From: a virus
Strand: one strand, 5' to 3'
DNA: 64,000 nt
IMG/VR virus record: IMGVR_UViG_3300007351_000002
The notes beneath the pieces were generated by a model. That model had not been told where the DNA came from and did not search any database. It worked only from the letters and a program-made list of their open reading frames with translations. A program made the position numbers and the translations under genes. Shown here in pieces: positions 7,648 through 17,163 of the stretch (position 1 is its first letter; every line of letters starts with the position of its first letter).

Positions 7648-8081
7648 TGTTTAAATTTTTAAAGAAAAAAATTAAACTTGTAAAACAAAGAAATAGATAC
7701 GAATGTTCTGTAGCATGTTTATCTATGATAACCGGATGTGAATATTATAAAATATTAAATGCTATTAAAGAAATCTCTGGAAAAAATTGTGGCGAAGGAG
7801 AATTGGGATTACATGTAGGATATTTACCCCAAATACTAAAAGATAAATTTAATATAAAAAGTGAACAAATAAAATTTGAATCATTTAAAAAAATAAAGCA
7901 TTCATGCATATTATCGTTATGTCCAAGAGAATTGTCTATATACAGTAATTTTCATGGTGTTGTATATGATAGAAATAATAAAGTAATATTAGATCCATTA
8001 ATAGACGAACCTATTAAAGATATAAAAAAGTATATGAAAAATTATAATATAATAAACTGTTTGGAGGTTATTAATGTGTGA
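7647..8081 (+). CDS. putative papain-like cysteine peptidase (C39-like)
   Basis: A 'YECSVACLSMITG' Cys motif near the N-terminus and a later 'FHGVVYD' His motif resemble the C39 peptidase layout. This is pattern recognition only. Confidence 0.35.
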   Translation: MFKFLKKKIKLVKQRNRYECSVACLSMITGCEYYKILNAIKEISGKNCGEGELGLHVGYLPQILKDKFNIKSEQIKFESFKKIKHSCILSLCPRELSIYSNFHGVVYDRNNKVILDPLIDEPIKDIKKYMKNYNIINCLEVINV

Positions 8082-8472
8082 ATGCGGTTGTTCATCTTGC
8101 GGTGAATTCTGGAAACTACCGGGACCAAAGGGAATTTTTTATATAATCCAAAAATATCCCGGATGTAAAGGATGTTCCGCGCCTTGTGGAATTGACATAC
8201 AGAAAATAGGCAAAGAAAATCCCGATTATGATTTTCACAATGAAACTAAAGAACTTAAATTTTATGGAGATAAATATTTCCAATCTGCTGCAATAGGATT
8301 CTTCTCTCGTGATGATCTACATATTAAACTTAAAAAATATCTTACAAACTACTTTAAAACCAAAGATTGTTCAAAAATAGAAGATGAAGAATGTAATCTA
8401 CAACATTTGGATTATATTGACGCCGATATTATAGCAGATGAATTTTCGGACGAGTTTTTCGATGGAAAATAG
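8074..8472 (+). CDS. hypothetical Cys-rich protein (132 aa)
   Basis: ORF with a GGAGG SD. Confidence 0.5.
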   Translation: MCECGCSSCGEFWKLPGPKGIFYIIQKYPGCKGCSAPCGIDIQKIGKENPDYDFHNETKELKFYGDKYFQSAAIGFFSRDDLHIKLKKYLTNYFKTKDCSKIEDEECNLQHLDYIDADIIADEFSDEFFDGK

Positions 8473-8668
8473 AAAGAATATAGAATTGAATAAATTTAAA
8501 ATTGCTGTTAGACAAGCCTTGGCTGATTATATTTCGTCAGAAGGTTGTTCATGTTGTCAAAATATAGATAAACATAATGAGGCACAAGCTAAACTAGCGG
8601 AACTTTTAAATGTACCACCTTATGGCGACGAAAGTGGATACGATTTTGTTAGGTTTAAAACCAGTTAA
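8462..8668 (+). CDS. hypothetical protein (about 68 aa)
   Basis: ORF. The internal ATG at 8462 is chosen to minimise overlap with 8074-8472. Confidence 0.4.
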   Translation: MENRKNIELNKFKIAVRQALADYISSEGCSCCQNIDKHNEAQAKLAELLNVPPYGDESGYDFVRFKTS

Positions 8669-8688
8669 TCTGTCTGGCATGATATATT

Positions 8689-8862
8689 ATGGAAAATGAC
8701 AATTTAAGATTAGATCAAATATTTGACGATAACCATCCACTTTGTGATTTTTATAATCATTGTGATGAATGTCGCAAATATTGGAACCGTATGGTTTATG
8801 AAGAAATGTGGGAACCTTATAAGGGATGGACGGATAAGGCTATTATGGAATTTTTGATATAA
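8689..8862 (+). CDS. hypothetical protein (57 aa, MENDNLRLDQIFDD...)
   Basis: Hand-translated ORF, below the track cutoff. Its stop overlaps the next start (TAATG). Confidence 0.4.
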   Translation: MENDNLRLDQIFDDNHPLCDFYNHCDECRKYWNRMVYEEMWEPYKGWTDKAIMEFLI

Positions 8863-9083
8863 TGATTTGTAAATATTGCAAAGATACTGGAGAAGTAATT
8901 TTACTGAACGGATCTAAACCCTGTCTAGATTGTTACAATAGATATAAAGATATAAAATGCAAGGTTCATCCAGATATTAATTGTGAAATAATATTAACAG
9001 GTGATCACAAAGATAATCAAGATCATACGTATACAAAATTTTATTTTTCATGCGGCAATTATGTTATTAGATATACAAGTTAA
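8862..9083 (+). CDS. hypothetical Cys-rich protein (73 aa)
   Basis: ORF, translationally coupled to the upstream ORF. Confidence 0.45.
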   Translation: MICKYCKDTGEVILLNGSKPCLDCYNRYKDIKCKVHPDINCEIILTGDHKDNQDHTYTKFYFSCGNYVIRYTS

Positions 9084-9249
9084 TTTAGAGTTAAGAGAAG
9101 ATTTTTATAATTTCTTTAGTAATAAAGATTATTTAAAACAGGCTATTATTAAAATATTTGACGATACAATAAAAGAACGTCTTAAACAGGAAATAAATGA
9201 CATGACCATTAAAGCAGGAGATTTTTATGAAAATATTAGTTCCACATAA
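9061..9249 (+). CDS. hypothetical protein (about 62 aa)
   Basis: ORF. The internal ATG at 9061 is chosen to limit overlap. Confidence 0.35.
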   Translation: MLLDIQVNLELREDFYNFFSNKDYLKQAIIKIFDDTIKERLKQEINDMTIKAGDFYENISST

Positions 9250-9646
9250 ACATAATGATATAATGATTCAAGATCTAAAAAGAGGCGAATGCTTTTGGAG
9301 TAACAATAGATTATACATGAAAGTAGAGATTCATGGTGGACCATACGATAATGATAAATGCCGTATTTTAGATTTAGCACAAGGAGTTATTTTTATACTT
9401 AATAATGATGTTTTGGTGACACAAGACAATAATATATGTATAACAGAATTACAATCTGAAGAGAAAATGAATAGAGAAATTTCTATAGAAAATTCTGCAA
9501 GAAAATTGTGCAAAAAACTTAATGAAATAAATGAAAGCGAAGAATACAAATCTGTTTGGGAATACTTATCTGTTCATGGTATAAAATATGATGGTCCGGT
9601 TTATGCAAAAGAATTGAAAAATTTAGAAAGCGTTTTAGGAGAATAA
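9227..9646 (+). CDS. hypothetical protein (139 aa)
   Basis: ORF with an AGGAG SD. Confidence 0.5.
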   Translation: MKILVPHKHNDIMIQDLKRGECFWSNNRLYMKVEIHGGPYDNDKCRILDLAQGVIFILNNDVLVTQDNNICITELQSEEKMNREISIENSARKLCKKLNEINESEEYKSVWEYLSVHGIKYDGPVYAKELKNLESVLGE

Positions 9647-9760
9647 TATGGATTTTATAGGTTTGGTATTTAAAAAGATTCAAATGTTTATTGCTTTTGT
9701 GGCTGCACTTTTAATATATTTCGGATATTTTATAGCAAGCTTCTTTAGGAGAAAATAATA

Positions 9761-10117
9761 ATGAATTGGTATAGAATAACTTTAACAGATGGTTCAACAT
9801 GTTTCTATGAGATTAATCTTGATGTTGACGGTCTTATATCAGAAATGCACGAGAATCATCCGTTGAAAATTGAAAGAACAATTGTTTTGATTCCTCATAA
9901 TCAAAATAACAAACAGGGGTTGATTGCTGTAGAGCCGAAAAAAATCAATCCTATGTTTATGGGCTGCGACGATAAGAAAGAATATATTTGCGCGAACAAA
10001 ATAGTATCGTTCGGCGTAATAGATGTAGATAGTGAAGCTTGGACAAAAATTTATGAAAGCGTTTATCAAGAATCTAATTTGGTTAAACCAAATATGAGAC
10101 TAGTGTTACCAGAATGA
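9761..10117 (+). CDS. hypothetical protein (118 aa)
   Basis: ORF with an AGGAG SD. Confidence 0.5.
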   Translation: MNWYRITLTDGSTCFYEINLDVDGLISEMHENHPLKIERTIVLIPHNQNNKQGLIAVEPKKINPMFMGCDDKKEYICANKIVSFGVIDVDSEAWTKIYESVYQESNLVKPNMRLVLPE

Positions 10118-10195
10118 TAAATGCGGCTTTAACAATTTTATGTGTTATTTGTTTAATAATTTTAATCTTGATAGCTATAATTTATAAGGAATAAG

Positions 10196-10429
10196 ATGGC
10201 TAAACTAAAAGCACCAATTTATAAAGAAGCAAATGTACAATCGTGTAATGATTTGCTGGAAGAATTATTGGCAACTTGTCAAGAATTAGATTTTGTATGC
10301 AGGGCTAATGTTCCAATTTCAAAAAGTGGAATAAGAGTAGGTTATGGTGTTAGTGAATCTAAGAAAGCCATAGTTTGTGATACTGTTGTAAGTATAGTAA
10401 AAGAAATAAAGAAGATTAAAGGATGGTAG
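10196..10429 (+). CDS. hypothetical protein (77 aa)
   Basis: ORF with an AAGGA SD. Confidence 0.45.
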   Translation: MAKLKAPIYKEANVQSCNDLLEELLATCQELDFVCRANVPISKSGIRVGYGVSESKKAIVCDTVVSIVKEIKKIKGW

Positions 10430-10522
10430 ATATTTTAATTAATTTTGTATTGCAGTCGATTATCGTATTATCTTATTTTTTTGGATTGTTTAATTAACTT
10501 TTGTTTTTAAAAGGAAAAGAAA

Positions 10523-10741
10523 ATGGTTAAAGGCGATTCGGTATCGGTCGTTAGTTGTCCAGAATGCGAAATTCTTCAAGGTAAAGTAGGGGTAGTAAAA
10601 GAAGTCAATGAATCCGGCGATAAGGTTCGTATTAGTTTTGGCAAGGGTCGCCCACAAAAGGGTCGCCCAGAATGGTTTGAGATTTCTGGCCTACAACCAT
10701 CTACTCAAAATTCTGTAAGTATGCAGGTTAACGGAAAATAA
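10523..10741 (+). CDS. hypothetical protein (72 aa)
   Basis: ORF with an AAAGGAAAAG SD. Confidence 0.45.
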   Translation: MVKGDSVSVVSCPECEILQGKVGVVKEVNESGDKVRISFGKGRPQKGRPEWFEISGLQPSTQNSVSMQVNGK

Positions 10742-10896
10742 TATGGAAACACAAACTAAATGCGATTTATTGCGTGGAGCATTAGATCAACTCGTAGCCG
10801 CTTCAAAGATTTGTATTGAAAACGGGTTTAATAATCAGTCATTACTTAAAAGATATTGTGATCAAGCTGAAGAGATACTTAAGAAGGTAGAATTAG

Positions 10897-11196
10897 ATGC
10901 AAGATAGAAGTCATCAACCAGAATTTCTTTTTAATTTAACCTACGTGCCAAGAGATAATTTTTGGCTATCATTCAATGATATATTGCATAATATATCTTG
11001 TTTGTCTATGGCGTTAAATAATAAAGAAGATCCGTTGTTTATAAAAAAGATAGTTGAGAATACAAAGTATAGACTGGAAGAAGCACAAAGATTGTATAGT
11101 CAAGGTAGCCAAGCTAGACCAGAAAAGAAGGTTATGGCTCCGTATGATGGTATAAAGGGTATTTCTATGGATGGATTTGTAAAGGATGAAATATGA
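10897..11196 (+). CDS. hypothetical protein (99 aa)
   Basis: ORF with a GAAGG SD. Confidence 0.45.
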   Translation: MQDRSHQPEFLFNLTYVPRDNFWLSFNDILHNISCLSMALNNKEDPLFIKKIVENTKYRLEEAQRLYSQGSQARPEKKVMAPYDGIKGISMDGFVKDEI

Positions 11197-11447
11197 ATTA
11201 TATAACAGATAGTGATAGAATAGAATTTCTTGAAAGACAAAATGCTAAAGCGGTATATACTGGAAAATGTCTATTCAGACAGTCTTCAACTGGTCGTGGC
11301 TGGAGACTTCATGAATCTAGTGGTGGTCCTAGGTCTGAAAAGGTTCACGATACGGTTAGACAAGCTATTGATCATGCTATGAGACTAGAATCACAGAATA
11401 GCAAACAAAGAACAAATGAACATCAAATGGATGGTCATAATGCATAA
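11193..11447 (+). CDS. hypothetical protein (84 aa)
   Basis: ORF. 4-nt overlap with the upstream gene and an AAGGA SD. Confidence 0.45.
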   Translation: MNYITDSDRIEFLERQNAKAVYTGKCLFRQSSTGRGWRLHESSGGPRSEKVHDTVRQAIDHAMRLESQNSKQRTNEHQMDGHNA

Positions 11448-11883
11448 ATTGGAACCATGTCTAAGATGGATAGAATCGTGGCGTAAAGATAAAAGCGATA
11501 GATGTAAAATGCTTTATTGGAAAAGTAGAGCTAGATATGCTGAAACAATTTTAAAAATATGTTTTAGAAATAAAACTAAAAATAGAGCCGAGCATATCAG
11601 GGGTTTAGAATTAAAAATAGAAAATCAAGCACAACAGATAAAAGACATGCAAGACACACTAGAACTTAGAAATATTGAAAGAAAGGCTTTAAATATTTTG
11701 GTTGGTTGCGATGGTCCATGCAATAGACCATACATGGAAGATCCATCTAGTGTAACGTCAGAAGTTATAAGAATGGTAGATTGGCATTATAAACGTTTTA
11801 TGAATTGGTGCAATAGAGGAGGATTTGATGCTTATCAAAAATATAGAGATGAATATAAAGGAACTAGATATGGACCTAAATAG
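11416..11883 (+). CDS. hypothetical protein (155 aa)
   Basis: ORF in the co-oriented block. The start is uncertain. Confidence 0.45.
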   Translation: MNIKWMVIMHKLEPCLRWIESWRKDKSDRCKMLYWKSRARYAETILKICFRNKTKNRAEHIRGLELKIENQAQQIKDMQDTLELRNIERKALNILVGCDGPCNRPYMEDPSSVTSEVIRMVDWHYKRFMNWCNRGGFDAYQKYRDEYKGTRYGPK

Positions 11884-12133
11884 TTCTTTTACTGTTCTTC
11901 AAAATAAAGTGGATAGAAAATATTTAAAATTAAAACACAAAATATTTAGAAAAATTTGTAAATGCATTAAAAGCGGAAAAACACATCATGCTGTTAAACA
12001 ACCAATATTTATGAGATCTAGTGTTTATAATAGAATTATGGCAAAAATAATAATAGATTTCAGAAAATTAAGTATCCATCATCATATAATATATGGTTCA
12101 GTAGTTTTTTCTTGGGATTGGAAAATAGTATGA
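11825..12133 (+). CDS. hypothetical protein (102 aa)
   Basis: ORF. The start is uncertain because of a 59-nt overlap with the upstream ORF. Confidence 0.35.
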   Translation: MMLIKNIEMNIKELDMDLNSSFTVLQNKVDRKYLKLKHKIFRKICKCIKSGKTHHAVKQPIFMRSSVYNRIMAKIIIDFRKLSIHHHIIYGSVVFSWDWKIV

Positions 12134-12399
12134 AACTCAAATTTAATATCAGCAAACCGGGGCAGAAACACCTGTACTTTTCTGTCGAGCAAGAAAAAAA
12201 AGAACCTTTTATTTATTCTATTAATGGCAAAATGTTAAGTTGTATTCAACAATCTGAATTAGAATATTTAATCAATGAGGGTAAATATTTTGCTGTACTT
12301 TATTATTTACAGAATTTGTGTAATGAAATTTTAGATCATGATAAGATATTTGAATTATGTAATTTCATATTAAAGACATTTATAATGGAGAAAGTTTAA
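12130..12399 (+). CDS. hypothetical protein (about 89 aa)
   Basis: ORF. The internal ATG at 12130 (MKLKFNISK) is chosen. Confidence 0.4.
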   Translation: MKLKFNISKPGQKHLYFSVEQEKKEPFIYSINGKMLSCIQQSELEYLINEGKYFAVLYYLQNLCNEILDHDKIFELCNFILKTFIMEKV

Positions 12400-12692
12400 T
12401 GCCATATATAAAGATAGATAGTAGAAAATATTTGGACGAACAAATAGATCAATTAGCTGCAAAATTTATTGATAAGATTACTTCTAACGATATTCTTTGT
12501 GGTGAATTAAATTATACTATATTTAGAATTGTAGATATGTTGACTAATCCAAAATTTGTTGGTGCAGAAAGACGATATGCAAGATTTAATGCTATTATTG
12601 GCGCATTAGAGTGTTGCAAGCAAGAAATATATAGAAGGATGGTTGGACCGTATGAGGATTCTAAGATTATTGAAAATGGTGATGTAATATGA
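12399..12692 (+). CDS. hypothetical protein (97 aa)
   Basis: ORF with a GGAG SD. Overlapping stop/start. Confidence 0.5.
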   Translation: MPYIKIDSRKYLDEQIDQLAAKFIDKITSNDILCGELNYTIFRIVDMLTNPKFVGAERRYARFNAIIGALECCKQEIYRRMVGPYEDSKIIENGDVI

Positions 12693-13909
12693 GAATAATT
12701 AGTCTTGAAGCAGAAAATGTAAAATGCCTTAAAGCTATTTCTATTAAATTTGACGAAGCTGTATTAGTAATAGGCGGCGACAACGAGCAGGGTAAGTCTA
12801 CTATTCTAGATTGTATAGAATACGCTATGTGCGGTTCAAAGAAAATTCCACCGAAACCTATTCGTAATGGTCAAGATAAAGCAAGAATAGTTTTAGAATT
12901 AGACGATATAATAGTTACTCGAACATTCACTAAAAATGGAACAAATCTTGTAGTAAAAAATAAAGATGGTGCAACGTTTCCTAGTCCACAGGCTCTTTTA
13001 GACAAACTTATTGGAAACTTATCTTTTGATCCATTAGCGTTTTCTAAAATGGATTCAAAGAAACAAATAGAAACATTAAAAAAGATTACTGGTTTAGATT
13101 TTGATTCTTTAAATAAAGACTATAAAAAGTTTTTCGATGAAAGAACAGAAGTAAATAGGAAGGGGAAAGAACTAAAGGCACAATTTGACGCCATAACATT
13201 CACCAAAGATCTGCAAGACAAAGAGGTGTCTGTATCCGATCTATCCAAGGAGTTAACTGATGCGTTGGAGCAGAATCAAAAAATTGATGAACTAGAAAAA
13301 GGCATTACTAAAAAGACGATTAGGATCAAAGAAATAGAAGTTTTAATAAAATCCCTCGAAGAAGAAAAGTCTAATCTGCGAAAAGAATTAAAGTCAGATA
13401 ATGAAAAACTAGAATCTTTTGACATTTGCGATATAAATATTATAAAGAATAAACTGTCTTCAATAGAGGATACAAACAAAAAAATAAGAGAAAATCAAAA
13501 GAAAAAAGCATTAGAAAAAGAATTAGAAAAACTTAGAGAAAAATCTCAATTATTATCAGAAAAATTACTAACTATAAACGAAACCAAAAAAGAACTTTTA
13601 TCTAATGCTAAATTTCCAGTAGAAGGATTATCTTTTGAAGAAGTTGGTGACGAAACTATTCTAATTTTTGAAGGCTTACCATTTAGTCAGTGTTCTACGG
13701 CAAGACAGATTAGGATATCGGTTGGGATGGGGCTTGCATTAAATCCTAGTCTTAAGTTGTTATTTATTAGGGAGGGCTCTTTGTTAGATCCCAGTAATCT
13801 TAAGATAATATCTGAAATGGCAGAGGAAGCAAAGGCACAAATTTTAATAGAGAGAGTTTCACAGGGCAAAGAATGTTCTATTGTGATAGAGGATGGTGAA
13901 CTTGTTTAA
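12689..13909 (+). CDS. SMC/Rad50/SbcC-like ATPase with a coiled-coil insert
   Basis: N-terminal Walker A (GGDNEQGKST), a long Lys/Glu-rich coiled-coil middle, and a C-terminal Walker B-like LLFIREGSLLD. This is the typical ABC-ATPase head split by a coil. Confidence 0.65.
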   Translation: MRIISLEAENVKCLKAISIKFDEAVLVIGGDNEQGKSTILDCIEYAMCGSKKIPPKPIRNGQDKARIVLELDDIIVTRTFTKNGTNLVVKNKDGATFPSPQALLDKLIGNLSFDPLAFSKMDSKKQIETLKKITGLDFDSLNKDYKKFFDERTEVNRKGKELKAQFDAITFTKDLQDKEVSVSDLSKELTDALEQNQKIDELEKGITKKTIRIKEIEVLIKSLEEEKSNLRKELKSDNEKLESFDICDINIIKNKLSSIEDTNKKIRENQKKKALEKELEKLREKSQLLSEKLLTINETKKELLSNAKFPVEGLSFEEVGDETILIFEGLPFSQCSTARQIRISVGMGLALNPSLKLLFIREGSLLDPSNLKIISEMAEEAKAQILIERVSQGKECSIVIEDGELV

Positions 13910-14375
13910 AGTATTTTGTGAAGATATGAGGTTGGTTTTTGTAACTATATTTCCCTTTTTAGAAAGAAAGTATGACATATATCTGGCTGGCTCAATGTCT
14001 GGTATGCCAGAACATAATTATCCTGCATTTATGCATTACGCGAAAAAACTAAGAGAACTAGGATATTCTGTGTGGAATCCGGCAGAATTTAATAATGTAG
14101 AAAAGTCCCCACAGAAATGTATGAAAGATGACATTAATGCCATAATTAACAAATGCGATATGATAGCGATTCTTCCCGGAAATAAATGGCGGTCGTCAAT
14201 AGGAGTTAATGTAGAGGTAAATGTTGCTCATGTATGTGGTAAAAAAGTTTTTCAAGTTATAGACGCCGATGGTGTTATTGGTTTAAAAAGATTTTACACA
14301 AGAGATACTAGACCATATTGTTATACAAAAGATAGGTATAGGAATGATTCTAGATACCGTTCTTTCTTGAATTAA
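13893..14375 (+). CDS. DUF4406 / nucleoside 2-deoxyribosyltransferase-like protein
   Basis: The 'IYLAGSMSGMPEHNYPAF...LGYSVWNPAE' pattern matches the DUF4406 family as I recall it. The start may be the ATG at 13926. Confidence 0.5.
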   Translation: MVNLFKVFCEDMRLVFVTIFPFLERKYDIYLAGSMSGMPEHNYPAFMHYAKKLRELGYSVWNPAEFNNVEKSPQKCMKDDINAIINKCDMIAILPGNKWRSSIGVNVEVNVAHVCGKKVFQVIDADGVIGLKRFYTRDTRPYCYTKDRYRNDSRYRSFLN

Positions 14376-14403
14376 TAATAGTTTATAATACAAGAACTAT
14401 TTT

Positions 14404-15006
14404 ATGAAAAAGATCGTAGATATTATAGGAAAAAAATTCGGAAGATATATTGTAATATCTCGTGCCAATAACGGAAATGATGGAAGATCTATGTGGTTTT
14501 GTCGATGTGAATGCGGTGGAGAAAAAATAGTTTCTGGAAAACATCTTAAATCTGGCAGGATTAAAAGCTGCGGTTGTTATAAAAAGGAAATTTCTACAAA
14601 ACACGGTTTTTGTGGCACTAAAATATATAGAATATGGAAAAATATGATTCAAAGATGTATAAATCCAAGAGTTATTAATTATAAAAATTACGGGGGGAGG
14701 GGAATTGTAGTTTGTGAAAGATGGATGAAATTTGAAAATTTCCTTAAGGATATGGGTTCCCTACCAACAAGTAAGCATCAAATAGATAGAATAAATAATG
14801 ATTTAGGATATTACAAAGAAAATTGTAGATGGTCAACATCTAAACAAAATAATAGAAACAGAAGAAATAATCATTTATTAGAATTAAATGATAAAACTGA
14901 ATGTCTATCTGAATGGGAAGAAGAAACTGGCATAAAGCAAGAAACAATAAGAGATAGAATAAAAAGAGGCTGGTCAAATAAAGATGCATTAACCATTAAT
15001 CCTTGA
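14404..15006 (+). CDS. HNH-like homing-endonuclease family protein (paralog A)
   Basis: CxCxCG...CGC zinc motif, YGGRGIVVCERW, and an HNH_3-like IDRINNDLGYYKENCRWSTSKQNNRN. Paralogous to 22016-22657 and 49039-49659. Confidence 0.6.
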   Translation: MKKIVDIIGKKFGRYIVISRANNGNDGRSMWFCRCECGGEKIVSGKHLKSGRIKSCGCYKKEISTKHGFCGTKIYRIWKNMIQRCINPRVINYKNYGGRGIVVCERWMKFENFLKDMGSLPTSKHQIDRINNDLGYYKENCRWSTSKQNNRNRRNNHLLELNDKTECLSEWEEETGIKQETIRDRIKRGWSNKDALTINP

Positions 15007-15586
15007 GTCCCAAATAGTTTTAAATTCTTTTGAATTTGCTATATCGTCGGCTAATACAATATATTTACCCCTTCTTTTAATTGGTATTATAATTTTGTTA
15101 TAACAACAATATATTAATTCTGTACAACTCATTCTGTTCGAATCATTAAAATTAAATACAAAATCATATTCTTGATTAATGAATGTTTTTGCTAAAGCTA
15201 ATGCTTTTTGTATATATTTTTGATCTGGTCTCAATATGATTATGTTGTCTGTTCTCAAAAAATTTATAACATCTTCTATTATAACGCCATCACTAGTGGC
15301 ATGTATAACTCGTTCTTGATCTCCACCAAAAAAAAAAGCCAGCGTGAGTCCAGTATCCGGGTATTAAATATGTACTTAAATAATGATCCGATCTTGAAAG
15401 TAGAACGTCACCCGGCTTTATTACTTTAGAAATTGCCCTGTAATGTTCTCCTTTTATTTTATCGTTTGGTATGTTTATAATAAAGAATAGTGGATGTTTT
15501 ATTCCGTAAAATTTAATATCGCCAATAAATGTTAAAAATTTAGACCATAAGTTATAAAATGATTTTATCACATTAGATTTATACAC
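14989..15586 (-). pseudogene. YiiX/permuted-papain (NlpC/P60-superfamily) amidase-like gene split by a frameshift in an A10/T10 tract
   Basis: ORFs 15293-15586 and 14989-15258 join into one protein (..YWTHAGFFFGGDQERVIHATSDGVIIEDVINFLRTDNIIIL..) if the T10 run (rc of 15328-15337) is read as T9. The His-containing N-part and the Cys-containing C-part (MSCTELIYCCY) fit the permuted papain fold. Confidence 0.6.
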
Positions 15587-15897
15587 TTTTTTATTTTATT
15601 TATTTGTAATAAATTATATTCAGAATATATTTCAAATAGACTTTCAAAATCTAACTGAATACTATCGTCATAAGGATTTAATTTACCACGAAGCTCTTGA
15701 CAATTCTCTTCTATTTTATTTCTTATTATAGATATACATTTTATTGAATCAAATAAAGTTGATATAGGTTTTTCTGGTGGTTGTACCCTTCTTTTTTTTG
15801 CGATTTCACATTGTTTATGATATATCAACTGAGTTGCAGAATCATTTATTAACATTGTCCATTTTGTTAATAATAATCTAATAAGTTGTTTATTCAT
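15568..15897 (-). CDS. hypothetical protein (109 aa)
   Basis: ORF in the co-oriented minus-strand cassette, overlapping its neighbours by a few nt. Confidence 0.5.
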   Translation of the reverse strand: MNKQLIRLLLTKWTMLINDSATQLIYHKQCEIAKKRRVQPPEKPISTLFDSIKCISIIRNKIEENCQELRGKLNPYDDSIQLDFESLFEIYSEYNLLQINKIKKCINLM

Positions 15898-16163
15898 ATT
15901 TTTTTCTTCATAGATTTTATTATTTCTTCTGCTGATTTTTCTGCCAATTCAACAATATTATCTTCAAACTTTTTAATTATATCAGACGAATATCTTCTTC
16001 TTACAGCGAACGGTTTTTTGCCTAATGGATCGTCGGCCAATACATTTATAAACAAAAAATATTTTTCATACTTGCATTGAACGATCCATTCTTTTGGTAT
16101 ATTAACCCAAAGATAATTCACGAATGTATTAATTATTTCTGGAAATTTTTCTTTCATTTTCAT
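15894..16163 (-). CDS. hypothetical protein (89 aa)
   Basis: ORF in the minus-strand cassette. Confidence 0.5.
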   Translation of the reverse strand: MKMKEKFPEIINTFVNYLWVNIPKEWIVQCKYEKYFLFINVLADDPLGKKPFAVRRRYSSDIIKKFEDNIVELAEKSAEEIIKSMKKKI

Positions 16164-16171
16164 TCAATAGT

Positions 16172-16615
16172 TTATACACTATTTGGATTAAACAAAGTAA
16201 TATCGCATTCGAGATACTTTAATTTTTCTACAATAGTATATTTAACCCTGTTCCAGTCTAGTCCACCATTTCCACAACCTAATGGCGGAATGCCGACCGA
16301 TATATTGCCGAACCCCGACAAGTACGTTCTAAGCTTTTCCAAACCATCGTCTATGTAAGAGTATTTAGACGGGAATCTCCAATGATCTTTTGTGGCAAAG
16401 TTCACAACCCATTCATCGTCACGCTTCCATACCCATATGTCTCCGGGCCTAATTTCGTTCTTTAGACATACTTTTCTATATTCCCTGAACATCTTTGGAT
16501 AACGTTTTTTGAATTCTAAGGCTACGCCCTTTCCCATCACTCCCGCACAATTTATAGTATTCACTATAATATCATATTTGTTATCGAATAGATTCCCGTC
16601 TACAAATCTAATCAT
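16172..16615 (-). CDS. macro domain protein (ADP-ribose binding/hydrolase family)
   Basis: The VNTINCAGVMGKGVALEFKKRYP and GIPPLGCGNGGLDW motifs are typical of macro domains. Confidence 0.75.
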   Translation of the reverse strand: MIRFVDGNLFDNKYDIIVNTINCAGVMGKGVALEFKKRYPKMFREYRKVCLKNEIRPGDIWVWKRDDEWVVNFATKDHWRFPSKYSYIDDGLEKLRTYLSGFGNISVGIPPLGCGNGGLDWNRVKYTIVEKLKYLECDITLFNPNSV

Positions 16616-17160
16616 TACCGATTATCTCCAGAACCGCCAAGAACATTTCTATTTTTTCTATCTAGAAGTTTTGCTATATTAGTATCTAGAACTTGTTCCA
16701 TATTTATATTCATTTTATTGAGAAATCTTTTAAGTTCTTCTATTAATCCGTAAATATCGTGATTGATGAAACCTCTCGAATGTATGTCGTCACCATGTAT
16801 TATTTCTTTACAATGTGAAACTACATCATTTATAGAATTATTTAAAAGTAATATAGAATCATATATTCCGTAATTATCTATAATGAATTTAAGACTATCA
16901 AAATTATTGTATTGTAATTCTATTTTTAATTCACTACATATTGCACTTATATACCAAAAAATATCTCCAGCTTCTTTTATAATATCATTTCTTTTTGTTT
17001 CTGTAATCTCATAATTATCATCCCTTATTGCTTTTTTAAGTTTTTCTGAAAGTTCTCCAAATTCTCCAATCAATCCTAGAGTTGGATATGTTAAATTTTC
17101 ACCAATATTAGGATATACTGCCGTACTTCTTGCTGCTTTTTGATACTCCTTAATATTCAT
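16615..17160 (-). CDS. mazG: MazG-like nucleoside triphosphate pyrophosphohydrolase
   Basis: YQKAARSTAVYP...GLIGEFGELSEKLKK...EAGDIFWYI motifs (EExxE/D-type MazG core). Confidence 0.75.
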   Translation of the reverse strand: MNIKEYQKAARSTAVYPNIGENLTYPTLGLIGEFGELSEKLKKAIRDDNYEITETKRNDIIKEAGDIFWYISAICSELKIELQYNNFDSLKFIIDNYGIYDSILLLNNSINDVVSHCKEIIHGDDIHSRGFINHDIYGLIEELKRFLNKMNINMEQVLDTNIAKLLDRKNRNVLGGSGDNR

Positions 17161-17163
17161 TAT

